A stretch of DNA of 49,519 nucleotides. It comes from Candidatus Micrarchaeota archaeon. Its GTDB lineage: Archaea > Micrarchaeota > Micrarchaeia > Micrarchaeales > CABMGC01. The stretch covers positions 1-49,519 of the forward strand of contig JAGWGY010000002.1 in assembly GCA_028867115.1 (NCBI GenBank). Direction: 5' to 3'. A program made the translations under genes and the position numbers. Shown piece after piece: positions 1 through 8,494 of the stretch. The notes beneath the pieces are model-generated. The model searched no databases and was not told the DNA's origin. It saw only the letters and a list, made by a program, of their open reading frames with translations. Within the stretch, counting starts at the first letter, position 1, and each line of letters opens with the position of its first letter.

Positions 1-171
1 GAACCTGCTTACCAGTTCGCTCTTCAGGTACGCATCTTCAAGCGGCGAGCGCCAGTTCATGTAGATGTGTGATAGCCTTCCGGAGTTGAGCCTTATCGGC
101 TCTTCGCGGAATTCGATCGCCCCGTTCTCTATGGCAAAATTGTCGAATGCCCCCTGGTCGAATCCCCCCAT
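1..171 (-). CDS. Orotate phosphoribosyltransferase-like protein, 5' part (runs off window start)
   Basis: Manual translation MGGFDQGAFDNFAIENGAIEFREEPIRLNSGRLSHIYMNWR resembles the OPRT N-terminal 'LkSGr.S..Y.n' motif. Absent from the ORF track because it is truncated. Alternative ATG at 189. Confidence 0.65.
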   Translation of the reverse strand, partial: MGGFDQGAFDNFAIENGAIEFREEPIRLNSGRLSHIYMNWRSPLEDAYLKSELVSRF

Positions 172-191
172 TCCACCACCGCAATACATGC

Positions 192-1448
192 TCAGAAATC
201 AACTTTAAGCCTTTCGCCGATCTTCGGGGCGTGCGCATCGTATCCCTCGAGCTTCAGCTGCTCCGCAAGCTCGGTGGTGTTCGCCTCGTCCCCGTGAATG
301 CATATCACCTGTTCCGGCGAGCTGCGCCTCACGTAATCGTAGATGTCCTCACGGCTTGCGTGCGCCGAGAAGTCGTAGTAGTTCGTGGGCGCGCTGATCC
401 TGTACTTGCGCTCGTCTATTAGGAGAGGCTTTCCCTCTATCAGCCTCCTGCCGTTCGTCCCCTCAACCTGATACCCTGTGAGGAAGACCTTCGAATTCTG
501 CCCGAGTTTCGTTATGTAGTGCAGCACAGGGCCTCCGTTGAGCATTCCCGCAGTCGTGACGATCACGCTAGGCACGCTCAGAGCCGCATCCCTATCGCCA
601 TGCTCCTCTATCCAGTTTGCATTCTTCATCGCGCTCAGAAGCAGCTGCTTGTTCTTTGTAAATTCTGGGTTGCGCATCATTATCTCCGCGGCCTTTTTTG
701 CCATGCCGTCCATGTACGTGCAATCGATCAGTCCGTTCTGGTATAGTATGGATACTATCTCCTGCGCCCTGCCGACTGCAAAGCACGGGACAAGCGCTGT
801 CCCCCCATTCTCTACTGTGGCCTTCACGTCCTCGACGAATGATTTGACAAGCTTCTGACGGTCAGGGTGGCTTCGCGTAGCATATGTGGACTCTATCATT
901 AGGATGTCGCTCTTGACAACCTCTGCACTGCCTTGGAGGGTCTGCGGGTCGATCTTGAAATCGCCGGTGTATACGAACCTCCTATTGCTGCGCGCCTTCT
1001 CTATCAGGGTGACGGCGCTTCCGCTTATGTGGCCCGCATCGTAGAGGGTCATTGCATATTCTGAGAAGTCGATCTGGGAGTGGTACTCGTACGGAACATA
1101 CTTTCGCATGAGGTTATTGACCATCGTCCTGCTGAACTTTGGCCTCACGTTGTTCTTCTTGCTGATGCTAAACGAATCCTCGATCAGAAGCTCTGCCAGC
1201 TCCATCGTCGGCTTTGTGCCAAATGTTACTGGGAGGTACTGGTTGTAGAGCATCGGCAGCGCTCCTGTGTGGTCGAAGTGCGCGTGGCTGACCACGCACG
1301 CGTCAACGCGACCTGGCACAAGGGGAAACTCTGGCGTTATGCCTGCAGATACCTTTGCCCCGTAGTCAAGGAGTATGTTTTTGGTATCCTTGAGGAGGAA
1401 TGCCGACCTGCCAACCTCTCCTGCGCCGCCCAAGAACTGTATTTCCAA
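192..1448 (-). CDS. Beta-CASP metallo-beta-lactamase ribonuclease (aCPSF-like)
   Basis: FLGGAGEVGRS, SHAHFDH, AGHISG, YTGDF, ESTY, AVGRAQE, FSAH and IHG motifs. Confidence 0.93.
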   Translation of the reverse strand: MEIQFLGGAGEVGRSAFLLKDTKNILLDYGAKVSAGITPEFPLVPGRVDACVVSHAHFDHTGALPMLYNQYLPVTFGTKPTMELAELLIEDSFSISKKNNVRPKFSRTMVNNLMRKYVPYEYHSQIDFSEYAMTLYDAGHISGSAVTLIEKARSNRRFVYTGDFKIDPQTLQGSAEVVKSDILMIESTYATRSHPDRQKLVKSFVEDVKATVENGGTALVPCFAVGRAQEIVSILYQNGLIDCTYMDGMAKKAAEIMMRNPEFTKNKQLLLSAMKNANWIEEHGDRDAALSVPSVIVTTAGMLNGGPVLHYITKLGQNSKVFLTGYQVEGTNGRRLIEGKPLLIDERKYRISAPTNYYDFSAHASREDIYDYVRRSSPEQVICIHGDEANTTELAEQLKLEGYDAHAPKIGERLKVDF

Positions 1449-1532
1449 CTAATTCACATCTGTCCGAGAAGAAATAACACTTTATAAGTATTTACTTATC
1501 TATATCTTTAGCTCTTACCCTCAGATGATAAC

Positions 1533-2228
1533 ATGGCGATCGAAGACATCAACTTTTTGGACCTTGCATGCCTGCTCAAGATAGGCCCTGACACAGTCAT
1601 GGAGAAATTCGGCTCGCTGATCAACACGAGCTTCTTTGACGCATCCAGCATCGCCGGCACCCTTAAGCAGAAGGGGCTAATAGAGTTCACAAACGACTTC
1701 CCGGGCCCTAACGGCATGAAGGTAACCGAGCTCGGCAAGGGGCTCATATCAGAGGCTGAGGCGAAGGGGGCCGAGCAGTTTGATACGCTTGATTCCACCA
1801 TACTACAGCAGATGTCTGGAGGGAAGAGGATGCCGGCAGAACTTGGCAACACGCTCAACATCAGGAGCAAGGACCTTGCGTTTAGGCTCTACAAGCTGTA
1901 CAGGCAGAATTACATAATATACGAGCTGAAGAACGGGACGGTAGACCTTCTGCTCACGGAGAGCGGCTTCCTGAAGATAAAGGGCATGCCGATGGGCGGG
2001 ATGCAGAACATAGCCCAGCAGCAAACGCCGCAGACTCCTGCGCAAAAGCAGCCTGTGATGGGAGGCCTGTTTGGTCCAAAACAACAGCAGCAGGCACAGC
2101 AAGCCAAAACGCAGCCGGATACACAAGTGCAGCCAGTTAAGGGAAACGCTGCTACGATATACGTTGTGGTCGCGGTTGTGCTAGTTGTGGTAATTCTCGC
2201 TGTCCTCTTCATTATGAAGCTCATTTGA
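1533..2228 (+). CDS. Tandem winged-helix protein with Q/P-rich linker and C-terminal transmembrane anchor
   Basis: Two wHTH-like repeats ending LKQKGLI...VTELG and LYRQNYI...LTESG, then a Q/P-rich linker and hydrophobic tail IYVVVAVVLVVVILAVLFIM. Confidence 0.65.
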   Translation: MAIEDINFLDLACLLKIGPDTVMEKFGSLINTSFFDASSIAGTLKQKGLIEFTNDFPGPNGMKVTELGKGLISEAEAKGAEQFDTLDSTILQQMSGGKRMPAELGNTLNIRSKDLAFRLYKLYRQNYIIYELKNGTVDLLLTESGFLKIKGMPMGGMQNIAQQQTPQTPAQKQPVMGGLFGPKQQQQAQQAKTQPDTQVQPVKGNAATIYVVVAVVLVVVILAVLFIMKLI

Positions 2229-2235
2229 TGATAAA

Positions 2236-2850
2236 ATGCAACTGGTTGAATACACAGCCGCTGCCCGCCTTCTTAATTCATATGGCATAAAGAGCGTTGA
2301 TAGCAGGTACGTTAGGAGCGCTGATGATGCAATCAGATTCTCAGGGGGTAAAAAAATCGCATTAAAAGCAATCTCGAGCAAGGCGCTCCACAAGACAAAG
2401 GCGGGGCTGATAAAGCTGAACCTTTTGGAAGGAGAGGAGATATCTACAGCATTTGCAGACCTTGAGAGGCGTGCGAGGAAATTCAAGCCGTACAAGATAC
2501 TTGCGCAGAAGATGTCGGCTCCCGGGATAGAGATAATAATCGGAGGGAGGGAGGATAGGCAGTTTGGGAGGATGCTACTCCTGGGCCTTGGGGGAATATA
2601 TGTGGAAACGTTCAAAGACTTCGCCCTCAGGGTGTGCCCGATAACAAGGTTCGACGCGAAGGAGATGATTGCTCAGTTAAAATCCAGAAGTGTGGTCACA
2701 TACAGCGGCAAATCAGAGAAGATGCTGGAGGAGCTGTTGCTAAGGGCGTCTAGGCTGATTTCGGAGAGCAAGCTAAGCGAGCTTGACCTCAACCCCGTGA
2801 TAATAAGAGAGGACGGGTATGAGGTCGTAGACATAAGGATACTGAGGTGA
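2236..2850 (+). CDS. acdB: Acetate-CoA ligase (ADP-forming) beta subunit, ATP-grasp
   Basis: ALKAIS..LHKT phospho-His motif, GLGGIYVE, ELDLNP; adjacent to the alpha subunit. Confidence 0.9.
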   Translation: MQLVEYTAAARLLNSYGIKSVDSRYVRSADDAIRFSGGKKIALKAISSKALHKTKAGLIKLNLLEGEEISTAFADLERRARKFKPYKILAQKMSAPGIEIIIGGREDRQFGRMLLLGLGGIYVETFKDFALRVCPITRFDAKEMIAQLKSRSVVTYSGKSEKMLEELLLRASRLISESKLSELDLNPVIIREDGYEVVDIRILR

Positions 2851-2881
2851 TTGTGCGAAGCCAAGATTTGACCTAAAGCCC

Positions 2882-4240
2882 ATGATGAAGCCGCAGAGCG
2901 TTGCGATAATAGGCGCGAGCAGCAATCCTGTGAAGGTGGGATATGTCATATTGAACAATTACATCGAGGAGGGCTACCAGGGAAGGCTCTACCCGATCAA
3001 TCCGAACGACGATAAAATCCTGGGGCTAAAGGCATACAAAAGCGTGCTTGAGGTAAGGGACAGGATTGATCTTGCGGTCATAGCCGTGCCTGCGGCCATT
3101 GTGCCGAAGGTGCTTGAGGAGTGCGGAAGGGCAAAAGTGCGCAGCGTAGTGGTGGTGAGCGGGGGATTTGCCGAGATAGGGGACCAGAAGCTGGAGGACA
3201 AGATCGTTGCGATTGCTAACAAATACAAGATGCCGATGATCGGCCCTAACTGTCTCGGCGTTATGGACCCTCGCTCAAGGATAGATACGCTCTTCCTTCC
3301 GACATTCAAGCTCAGCAAGCCCAAGATAGGGGGGGTGAGCTTTGTCTGCCAGAGCGGCGCCGTAGGAAGCACGGTGCTAGACCTTATAGCAAAGGAGGGT
3401 TTCGGGCTCTCCAAATTCATCTCCTACGGAAATGCGGCGCAGGTTGATGAGGTCGACCTGTTCGAGTACCTCATGGAAGATGACGAGACCAAGGTCATAA
3501 TCATGTACATTGAGGGGGTGAAGAGGGGCAGGGAATTCTTTGAGATAGGTAAAAGGTTGTCGATGAAAAAGCCAGTTGTTGTGCTGAAGGGAGGGGTGAC
3601 TGAGGGAGGCGCTGTTGCTGCACATTCGCACACTGCGGCGCTTGCGGGAAGCCACGAGGCATACGATGCGGTGTTTAGGCAGTGCGGCTTTGCTATTGCA
3701 AGGGACCTCACTGAGCTTTTGCATTACGGAAAGATATTTGCTTCCGAAATAGAGCCGAAGGGGGACAGGATCGCAATAATCACAAACGGTGGAGGCACTG
3801 GCGTGCTCACCACAGACGCGGTCTTCAACGCAGGTTTGAAGATGGCAGAGTTCAGTTCGCAGACAAAGAGTACGCTCAAGAAGAAGATGCCGTCCACAGT
3901 AAATATAGCAAACCCGCTCGACCTTGTCGGCGATGCTGATGACAGGAGGTATGAGGATGCGCTAAACCTTCTAGCACAGGACAAGAATGTAGAGATGTTA
4001 ATCGTGATTGCACTCTTCCAGACGCCCGGGGCTGATGAGAAGCTCTCCGAGAGGCTAGTCCACCTCAAGAGCAGCATCGATAAGCCGATGATTGTGATAA
4101 GCATCGGTGCCGGCTACACTGAGGAGAGGAAGATATTCATGGAGAACAACGGCCTGCCGGTATACGACTCGCCAGCTGCCGCTGCAAATTCGCTTGCTGA
4201 GCTTCTAAAGTACGCAAAATACAAGAAAAAGATGGTTTAG
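2882..4240 (+). CDS. acdA: Acetate-CoA ligase (ADP-forming) alpha subunit; true start may be at 2855
   Basis: PQSVAIIGAS CoA-binding fold, GPNCLG, QSGA, SHTAALAG catalytic His, TNGGG, NPLDL. Confidence 0.95.
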   Translation: MMKPQSVAIIGASSNPVKVGYVILNNYIEEGYQGRLYPINPNDDKILGLKAYKSVLEVRDRIDLAVIAVPAAIVPKVLEECGRAKVRSVVVVSGGFAEIGDQKLEDKIVAIANKYKMPMIGPNCLGVMDPRSRIDTLFLPTFKLSKPKIGGVSFVCQSGAVGSTVLDLIAKEGFGLSKFISYGNAAQVDEVDLFEYLMEDDETKVIIMYIEGVKRGREFFEIGKRLSMKKPVVVLKGGVTEGGAVAAHSHTAALAGSHEAYDAVFRQCGFAIARDLTELLHYGKIFASEIEPKGDRIAIITNGGGTGVLTTDAVFNAGLKMAEFSSQTKSTLKKKMPSTVNIANPLDLVGDADDRRYEDALNLLAQDKNVEMLIVIALFQTPGADEKLSERLVHLKSSIDKPMIVISIGAGYTEERKIFMENNGLPVYDSPAAAANSLAELLKYAKYKKKMV

Positions 4241-4244
4241 GCCA

Positions 4245-5447
4245 TTACTGCGCAAATAGCTTCTCTATTATCTGAGTTATTATCTTCTCCTTCTTCTCGT
4301 CAGAGCTGAGGATATCGAACAGCTCCGCAGGGCCTGTTTTGAGCGAGTAATCGCTCTTCTTGAGCTGCTCGAGGAATATGCTGATGCCGTAGTCCTTGAC
4401 TGACACGTTCTCGAATGTGCCTTTGCGAAGAGACTCTATCTCGGCTGATGTGTCCTTGCTCTCCATCTTGTCCTTTGCAATCTCCACTATTGCCTTCTCT
4501 TTGTAGCGCTTGAGCAGCTCCGCAAAGTCTATGTCGATTCCCTTGTAGCCGGATTTCAGCTCTCCGGCGATGACGATGCGTATTATCGGGTTTGGCCTGG
4601 AGCTTGATATCCTGTGCTCTATCTTTGAGGATACTTCCTCCTGTATCTGCCTCGGCTCCTTTCCGGTGACGTCCACCCTTTCGACATAGAAGTCATGGGA
4701 GTCTATTGCAACGAACTCGTAGCCTAAGGACTTCGTGTCGAATATGAAAAAGCCCTTTCTCTCTGTCTCCCCATCCTTTAGCTGTGTGAGCACAGTGCTC
4801 CCTGGGATAAGGAAGGGCTTGCCGAACACCTTCTCCTCTATCCTGCTGTGTATGTGCCCATCGACATACAAGTCGAACCCTTTCGGAAGCTCATCGAATT
4901 TAATGAAGTCTGTGCTGAAGGGGAGCAGCTCGTATATTGACTGGTGGAACATGAAGATGTTGAAGGCGCCGCTGATCGGCTTTGGGCCTAGCTGTGCGAG
5001 CGTGGGCCTTACCTTTTCCTCAGATAGCCCCCCGAGCGCAAATACCGCAACGCGCTCCCCGTTTTTTTCTATTTCGACCGTTGAATCGCTTGCGTCAACA
5101 AGAAGCCCAGCCATGGCAAGGAGCTCTACCGAATTCCCCGCATCCTGCGCGCGCCTCTCGTGTGTGCCCGGGATGGCGATTATCGGGACGTCTGTAAACA
5201 GGCGCCTGCTTCCTTCCGATGCGACCACCCTTGCTTTCCAGTCCCTCTTGGACAGGTTGCGGAAGAGATTTACCCCCTGTGCGAGCACCTCAAGCCTTGG
5301 GTTGCGCATGTCGAATATGTCGCCAGGTATTATCATCATGTCCGCCATTGCTGACGCCTTGTTCAATGCGTCTTCTGCCTGTCTGTATGCATCTTCGGAG
5401 AACCTCTCGTAGCCGAGATGGAAATCCGATAGGATTGCGACTCTCAT
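4245..5447 (-). CDS. mre11: Mre11 DNA repair nuclease
   Basis: Phosphoesterase motifs SDFHLG, GDIFD, GTHE, FHQ, GHIH and PGS, plus a capping domain. Confidence 0.88.
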   Translation of the reverse strand: MRVAILSDFHLGYERFSEDAYRQAEDALNKASAMADMMIIPGDIFDMRNPRLEVLAQGVNLFRNLSKRDWKARVVASEGSRRLFTDVPIIAIPGTHERRAQDAGNSVELLAMAGLLVDASDSTVEIEKNGERVAVFALGGLSEEKVRPTLAQLGPKPISGAFNIFMFHQSIYELLPFSTDFIKFDELPKGFDLYVDGHIHSRIEEKVFGKPFLIPGSTVLTQLKDGETERKGFFIFDTKSLGYEFVAIDSHDFYVERVDVTGKEPRQIQEEVSSKIEHRISSSRPNPIIRIVIAGELKSGYKGIDIDFAELLKRYKEKAIVEIAKDKMESKDTSAEIESLRKGTFENVSVKDYGISIFLEQLKKSDYSLKTGPAELFDILSSDEKKEKIITQIIEKLFAQ

Positions 5448-5451
5448 CCGA

Positions 5452-6441
5452 TCACTGCGACAATTTATCCCTTAGCTCTTTGAGTATTTTATCTATTGCC
5501 TTTTGCGCCATGCGCTTGTTTGGCCCGTATGCCCCTGCGGCTGCCGGGTGGCCTCCGCCGTTTCCTCCGAGGATTGGCCCGACCTCCCTCATGATCTTCC
5601 CTAGGTGTATCGATAGCTTCCGGTCGAGCGGTGACTTTAGCCTTGTTGAGAGTGAAACCTCTTCACTGCTGCTATGCCAGAACAGTGCGGCGTCGGCGCC
5701 GATGTTTATCGCGGTCTCTGCCGATATGTTTGCGTGGATCGTTGCTCTGCCATACATCAGAAGATAGTCGCCGATTATCTCGGTGTGCGCTGCGCAGACG
5801 TCTGCTATTGACTGCTTTCTGTTGTATGCAGGGACTTTCTCAGCGAACTGCGCCATGAAATCAGGGTACTCTACCTTCGCATACTTCAGCAGCTCTGATA
5901 TCTGGCGGAAGGTTTGTGGGTACATATTATGGAACTCAAAGGAATCTGCGATGATGCCGCTGAGCAGCGCGATTGCCTGGTCGCTGCTTATGCTTGGCTG
6001 CAGCTCCCTGAGCAGACCGTAGACAAGGCTCGCTGTGGAGTTGTAGCCCTCGTCATTGAAAACCATCAGGTTTTGCCCAGCACTGGTAGACTCAAGGTGA
6101 TGGTCTATGAACAGCACTGGTTTTTTCGACTTTGCGATTTTTGGGCCGAAGCTTCCTAGCGCCTCGGAATTGTTTGCATCTGTTATTATTATGCCGTAGA
6201 TATCCTGCGGGATCTTGTTCCCTATCTCGACCTTCCCTGACAGCTGCGCCAGCATCCTCTTTGAGGTGCTTGTTATGAAATCGGGGGTCGCTATGAGCGA
6301 GTTGGTCAGGTATTCTTTAAGTGCGACAGCAGAACCCACGCTGTCGCGGTCCCCCATAGAGTGGAAAGTGATCAGAAAACGCTCTTCCCTGTGGCTTTCG
6401 AGGAATTCGAGAACCTCCCTAGTTCCTATCCTCCTTGCCAC
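5452..6441 (-). CDS. DHH/DHHA1 family phosphoesterase
   Basis: H..GDRD, IDHH, GIIADS and GGGHPAAAG motifs; follows prefoldin beta, as in the archaeal exosome superoperon. Confidence 0.92.
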   Translation of the reverse strand: MARRIGTREVLEFLESHREERFLITFHSMGDRDSVGSAVALKEYLTNSLIATPDFITSTSKRMLAQLSGKVEIGNKIPQDIYGIIITDANNSEALGSFGPKIAKSKKPVLFIDHHLESTSAGQNLMVFNDEGYNSTASLVYGLLRELQPSISSDQAIALLSGIIADSFEFHNMYPQTFRQISELLKYAKVEYPDFMAQFAEKVPAYNRKQSIADVCAAHTEIIGDYLLMYGRATIHANISAETAINIGADAALFWHSSSEEVSLSTRLKSPLDRKLSIHLGKIMREVGPILGGNGGGHPAAAGAYGPNKRMAQKAIDKILKELRDKLSQ

Positions 6442-6445
6442 TACC

Positions 6446-6805
6446 TCACTGCAGGCTGCTTGACATCTGGGTGATCTTCTCCCTCAGCTGCTTCTCCCTT
6501 GCCCTGAGCTCGTTGAGCTGCTTGTTTGCGGATTGGAGCCTCACTGTGGAGGTCTCGCTCTTCTCGTCTATGTTCTTGAGCGCGGTCTCCTTGCTCGTCT
6601 CCACGATTACCCCGCCGATTGCCACGTATACTTTTCCGGTGGCTTTCCCAACCTCTTCCTTTGCGGTCTGGAGCTCGTTTGACTGCATCTGGAGCTGCTC
6701 AACCTGTATCTGGAAGTTGCGCATCTGCTCTTGGACCATCTGGTAGTCCCTTATCATCTTCTCCACCTCCTGTGGGGAGGGTTTTCCTGTTGGTTGTTCT
6801 GCCAT
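6446..6805 (-). CDS. pfdB: Prefoldin beta subunit
   Basis: Coiled coil, KVYVAIGGVIVE hairpin, coiled coil; 119 aa. Confidence 0.92.
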   Translation of the reverse strand: MAEQPTGKPSPQEVEKMIRDYQMVQEQMRNFQIQVEQLQMQSNELQTAKEEVGKATGKVYVAIGGVIVETSKETALKNIDEKSETSTVRLQSANKQLNELRAREKQLREKITQMSSSLQ

Positions 6806-6814
6806 TCAATCACT

Positions 6815-7285
6815 TCAGTTTCTTTTTATATCTAGAAAATAAGGCAAAGTGCCCGTGGTGAGTAGTTTTACCTCGCGCGTCACTTCCGAAACCGCGTCTA
6901 CAATCTTACTATGCTCATCCTTGCTGGCTTTTTCGAACACGAATAGATCGACGATTATTTTGCGCTTCTTATCTACGCCAACTGCAGCATAGATGTCTAT
7001 TTCCGCCCTACCCCCAACGACTATTTCACTTGTATCGGACCTTCTTTTATCTTCCCAATTCTGAATTGTGGTATCTAAAAGAGCGGGCATTTTTTCTTTT
7101 AACCTCTCCGTAAGCTTGCGGGCAAGTGCATTGCGGAGCAGCTTTTCATCAATATCCATCGAATATGGCAGGACCACCTGGTTCCTGGATAATATGCTAT
7201 GGTAGATGTCCCTTGACTCAAAAATGATGTCCCCTGTGCCTATAACCAGTTTTATTGGTTCCTTTGGCTTCTTCCATAACACCAT
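6815..7285 (-). CDS. Hypothetical protein (AT-richer orphan)
   Basis: 156-aa ORF filling the gap, with start context CTGATTGAATG. Confidence 0.6.
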   Translation of the reverse strand: MVLWKKPKEPIKLVIGTGDIIFESRDIYHSILSRNQVVLPYSMDIDEKLLRNALARKLTERLKEKMPALLDTTIQNWEDKRRSDTSEIVVGGRAEIDIYAAVGVDKKRKIIVDLFVFEKASKDEHSKIVDAVSEVTREVKLLTTGTLPYFLDIKRN

Positions 7286-7321
7286 TCAATCAGTATAATT
7301 TGGAAAGAAAGCAATATACGT

Positions 7322-7555
7322 CTATCCCTTCTCAGACTTCATCTCCTCCACCACGACGTCTGAGGAGTCGGTATCCTTGAATAGGTCCTTGATCAGGTTC
7401 TCGATCCCGAATTTCATCAGCTTTGCCTGGTACCTTGAGAGGAAGATTTTGTTGCCTGCCTTGTCTTTGATTATCACGGCCCCGCTGTCGTCAACAGTGA
7501 CGTAGATCGTCTCCTTTGAGTCATGGACCTTGTAGTATCTGGGCATTTGACTCAC
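7322..7555 (-). CDS. Hypothetical protein, beta-beta-beta-alpha (PC4/DUF397-like pattern)
   Basis: Host-like codon usage; overlaps the upstream ORF; start is GTG 7555 or ATG 7546. Confidence 0.6.
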   Translation of the reverse strand: MSQMPRYYKVHDSKETIYVTVDDSGAVIIKDKAGNKIFLSRYQAKLMKFGIENLIKDLFKDTDSSDVVVEEMKSEKG

Positions 7556-7907
7556 TGACCTCTATCTCTTTTACGTACTCCCTGCGCTCGGATATTGCCC
7601 CATCCCTGTCGTAAGCATAGATAGTGACCTTCATCTTGTACCTGCTCGGGTAGGTGTCACTGTTCGTGTATAGCTTTATCCTCTTTGATCGTGGGTTGTC
7701 CTTATCAAGGATGCCCAGGACAGTCTTGCCTGAAGGTAGGGATTTGTCAGGAGCGAGCGAAATAGGGGATTGTAGGTCAAAAACGCCCTCTACCCAGTAG
7801 GGCTCGGCCGCTGAAGTCTTAACCTCCAAATTGACCTCGATCTCCCTTGATGTGAAGGGCTTGACCTGGTCCTGGTTTAAGGTTAGGGTCGTTTCTATGT
7901 CAGGCAT
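7521..7907 (-). CDS. Hypothetical beta-sandwich (Ig-like) protein
   Basis: 128-aa ORF with an alternating beta-strand pattern and host-like codons. Confidence 0.6.
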   Translation of the reverse strand: MPDIETTLTLNQDQVKPFTSREIEVNLEVKTSAAEPYWVEGVFDLQSPISLAPDKSLPSGKTVLGILDKDNPRSKRIKLYTNSDTYPSRYKMKVTIYAYDRDGAISERREYVKEIEVSESNAQILQGP

Positions 7908-8028
7908 AATTGGTTATTCCCCTAGCTACATATTAAAATCTATCAGATTATTTCGTGAACGCGCTGGCGGGCGCATATAATGATTTATATACTTTAATCG
8001 GGATAGGATTGATGTCTACCCTGATTTG

Positions 8029-8493
8029 ATGGAGCTCAACGAAGCATCGCTTATAGAATCAGAGATAATGCTGCGCAACCTTAGGCTGACCAACGAGGTC
8101 CTTGAGACCAAGAGGTCGATAGCAAGGTGGCTGGCGCTCTCGCTTGGGGTAATAAACCCTGGCGAGTCGAGGCTAAGCGCGGTTGCCGTGCTCGACGCGC
8201 TTATAAACTTCCAGTTCGTGAAGGGCAGCGATCCGAACTATGACGATCTTGCAAAGTACATAAACGACAACTGGGAGCAGATGAACGAAAAGACCCTGCG
8301 CTACCACCTCCTCAAGCTCAAGAACATGGGGCTCATAGAGAACAGCAAGGGAAAGTTCTACTTCACCCCTCCGAGCTTCGGCGACAGGTTCGATGCCAAC
8401 GCATGGGCCGACAAGCTCTTCGAGGACGAGAGGAGACAGATTGCATCAAAGATAGGGAATGCTATTAAGGAACTAAAAAGCAAGCAGCAGTGA
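8029..8493 (+). CDS. Winged helix-turn-helix protein
   Basis: NEKTLRYHLLKLKNMGLIENSKGKFY recognition helix and wing; TATA TTTATATA near 7984. Confidence 0.8.
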   Translation: MELNEASLIESEIMLRNLRLTNEVLETKRSIARWLALSLGVINPGESRLSAVAVLDALINFQFVKGSDPNYDDLAKYINDNWEQMNEKTLRYHLLKLKNMGLIENSKGKFYFTPPSFGDRFDANAWADKLFEDERRQIASKIGNAIKELKSKQQ

Positions 8494-8494
8494 T

